The notes beneath the pieces are model-generated. The model worked only from the letters and a program-made list of their open reading frames with translations. It made no database searches and had not been told where the DNA came from. A stretch of 63,111 nucleotides of DNA, filler included, from Folioceros fuciformis (Eukaryota): NCBI GenBank assembly GCA_049999805.1. It is 17 parts of 17 records of this genome, joined end to end, with 100 filler letters (N's around TTAATTAATTAA, not from the genome) between each part and the next. Parts side by side here need not be neighbours in the genome. Positions count along the whole stretch, not along the records: positions 60,276 to 63,111 come from JBNGIO010004823.1; 16 more parts are not named here. One strand, written 5' to 3'. A program made the translations under genes and the position numbers. Each line of letters opens with the position of its first letter. Position 1 is the stretch's first letter. Positions 60,538 to 63,111 of this stretch are shown here, piece by piece.

Positions 60538-62472
60538 TATACTTGTACTAGTGAACGAATAACAGGCCTTCTGCCCTTACACGGAGAAGTTGGATTCCTA
60601 AGCAGAATTTAAGCTCCCCTATGCCTTTCATGTCGAATTTGCTGCTGATTTTGTGTTTTACAGACGCTAACAGCCCTTGTGTCGTTTGTGGCAAATATTA
60701 CATCATCCACATAAAGTGCCAAAGTGACGGATGCTCACTGTGTGAGCTTGTACATATTACTGTCGGCTCCATCCTGGACAAAGTTAATGCTAAGCAGGTA
60801 TAAGTGCATTGTTCTGTACCAAATGCGCCCACTTTGCTTTAGGCTGTAGATACATTTCAGGAGCTTTAACACTTTGTCCGAATGCTGCTTGTCCTCATAT
60901 GCTTCAAGCTGCAACATGTACAGCTCTTCTTCAAGAGAATCGTACAAGAATGCAATGCAAACATCCATTTGCTGTAAGTCCAGGTCGAACTCAATAGCAT
61001 ACACGAGAAGGATTCTTATTGACTGTGTGCGAATGATGGGCGAGAAGGTCTCTTGATAGTCAAGGCCTTCTACTTGGGTAAAACCACGAGCCAAGAGCCT
61101 AGCCTTGTACCTGGCTACCTATCCTCGTGCATTTAGCTTTATTTTAAAAACCCACCTACAGCTGATTGCCTTTCTTCTAGGTGGGAGGTCTGCGAGCACC
61201 CAGGTCTTATTCTTAATGAGGGATTGGTACTCGTCCTCCACTGCAGCCTTCCACTATACGTGCTGAGGACCAGCAAAGGCCTACTGTAAAGTGGTGGGCC
61301 CTTCTGGAAGATCGAGGTTAGTAGCGGTAGCCATTGCAACGGTTCGGACAAAGGAGGTGGATCGAAAATCAATGGATTGGTAGCGAGGTTCTGCCCACTG
61401 GTTTGGAGGTGGTTGATGGCGAGTCAAAGACCCTTGATCCACAACAGGTGGAGGATGCTCATCGGATTCTTGCTCAACAAGCTCGTGCCGTACAAGCTCA
61501 CCAGCATAAAGGTCCAAGTCATCGGCATCATCGACGGCTGTGTGTTTGTCATGATCCAAAAGAATAGCTGGTTGGTCAAGGGCAACGGGCTGGGCATCAG
61601 CAACATCAGGTTCAAGTTCAGGGGCATCCTAAACAGGTGTATCTTCAACATCAGGATCCTCCACTGTGTCAAGATCATCAACATCTCCTTTGGAATCTGC
61701 TCATCCACAGCCTTATTAGGAGATCTATTAATAAGATGCACCGCAATAGACATTGCTTCTACCCAAAATCCGTTAGGCAATCCAGAGTTTAACAATGAAC
61801 TATGCATCCTCTCCTGGATGGTCCTGTTCATCCGTTCAGCCACACCATTTTGGGGAGGAGTATACGGGGCAATCAATTCTCTCTTGATTCCCTTGGAATC
61901 ACAGAATGACTGGAAAGCCTTTGAAACATACTCTCCACTTTTGTCTGTCCTTAGACACTTGAGTCGGAGGCCAGACTAATCTCCACAAGGGTGACGAATT
62001 TCTGAAACACTGTCATAACATCATCCTTTTTCCTTAAAGGATAAACCTACACCTTGCGTGAGAAATCATCTATGAAAGTTACAAAATATGATACACCGCC
62101 TAATTATACAGCGGACATAAGTCCACACACGTCACTGTGAACCAATTCAAGAAGTTTACTTTTGTGTTTACCTCTTGCTCTATGTGGTGACTTCGTTTGT
62201 TTCCCATACAAACAGTGCTCACACACAAAGAAATTGGAGAAGTCAAAAGCACGGACGTAACCAAAACGAGATAAGATCTTCATTCCCTTTTGAGACATGT
62301 CCTAACTGACAATGCCACAAGGAAACATTTGGCTGTTCCGTTACACAAATCACATGAGCCTTGACAATGGTTACTTGAAGTGAGTACAAAGTGCCACACT
62401 TCGATCCACGAGCTAACACAAGAGAACCTTTGGAGATCTTCCAAGAATTATCCCCAAACCAACAGTGGTAGC
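60538..62472 (-). mobile_element. Chimeric copia remnant: Tork-like integrase (about 61685-62472) joined to the linker and RT of another family
   Basis: The right part is homologous to about 23050-23765. The left part (WAEPRYQSIDF, ARGFTQVEGLDYQETFSP) resembles 30088-31650. Confidence 0.85.
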
Positions 62473-63111
62473 TGTTAAGCATGATTAATGTTGAGATTAA
62501 TTAGTGCTAATCCAGCTTATTGAGTTTATACTAATTAGTGGTAAGAGTGATTAAAGTTATGATTAATATATATATATAGCTTATTAGACTTTGCTATGTT
62601 AGGCAAAAGAAGTATTGTAGGGTTTGGGGTCATTTATCCCATATTGGGCACGAAATGAGAGTGCCACCCATAGGTCCATAAAAGAAGGGATGAACCCACT
62701 TAGTATAGGCAGTCTAACTCCCTCTTCACTTGTATTGTGTTGTTTTTGTAATTCTCCTTTTTATTTTAGTTTAAGAGCCTTGTTATAGTGCTCTTAGTTT
62801 TGGGATTCTGCATCTTGCTTCAACTAACTTGTTTTAACCTCCTTTGAGCATGGCGGGGGTGACATCTCAACAGGTTATGGGCCCACACACCCAAGGGACC
62901 GTCACTCTACAAGTTATCTCAAAGTTTGGAGGTGACAACTTCAACTTGTGGAAGTTCAAGATGCAAATGTTGTTGGCTGAAAAAGGCCTTTGGAGAATTG
63001 TGTCGGGGACCGAGGAGCGTCCAAATGAAGTGGAGAGACAGCCCAAGTGGGATGAGCTTGCAGGCAAGGCCTTTGCAAATATTTGTTTCAACTTAGAAGA
63101 TGCACAATTGA
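62473..63111 (+). mobile_element. Copia 5' LTR (62473-62872), half-tRNA-iMet PBS (62873-62885) and gag start (62877 to window end)
   Basis: TGTTAAG...CTCAACA followed by GGTTATGGGCCCA. The ORF MGPHTQGTVTLQVISKFGGDNFNLWKFKMQMLLAEKGLWRIVSG is open to the end of the window. Confidence 0.92.

Overview
Eukaryotic, TE-dense scaffold made of 17 contigs joined by 16 artificial 100-nt linkers (N44-TTAATTAATTAA-N44). It is very likely a seed-free land plant (fern or lycophyte); this is an inference from the PPR gene and the retroelement lineages. Most of the window is a nest of decayed Ty1/copia LTR retrotransposons (about 10 fragments). It also holds a Ty3/gypsy element whose integrase ends in a PHD finger, several high-copy TGTG(G/A)-terminated repeats that interrupt the copias, a CRE-like non-LTR fragment, DNA-transposon-type ORFs beside a 33-bp-period palindrome array, and one likely host gene (a PPR protein with an OSB/PDF-like motif). 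The main result is that several different copia families carry an extra gene on the ANTISENSE strand between pol and the 3' LTR. In two sister families this gene is clearly homologous: an ungapped 64-aa block with 25 identities, a shared YxRDT motif, a GT donor at the same codon and phase, and an in-frame acidic last exon. This points to a conserved, apparently spliced accessory gene of unknown function. Other oddities are a half-tRNA-iMet primer site whose ATG is in frame with gag, non-canonical LTR termini and a coiled-coil ORF in a copia 5' leader.
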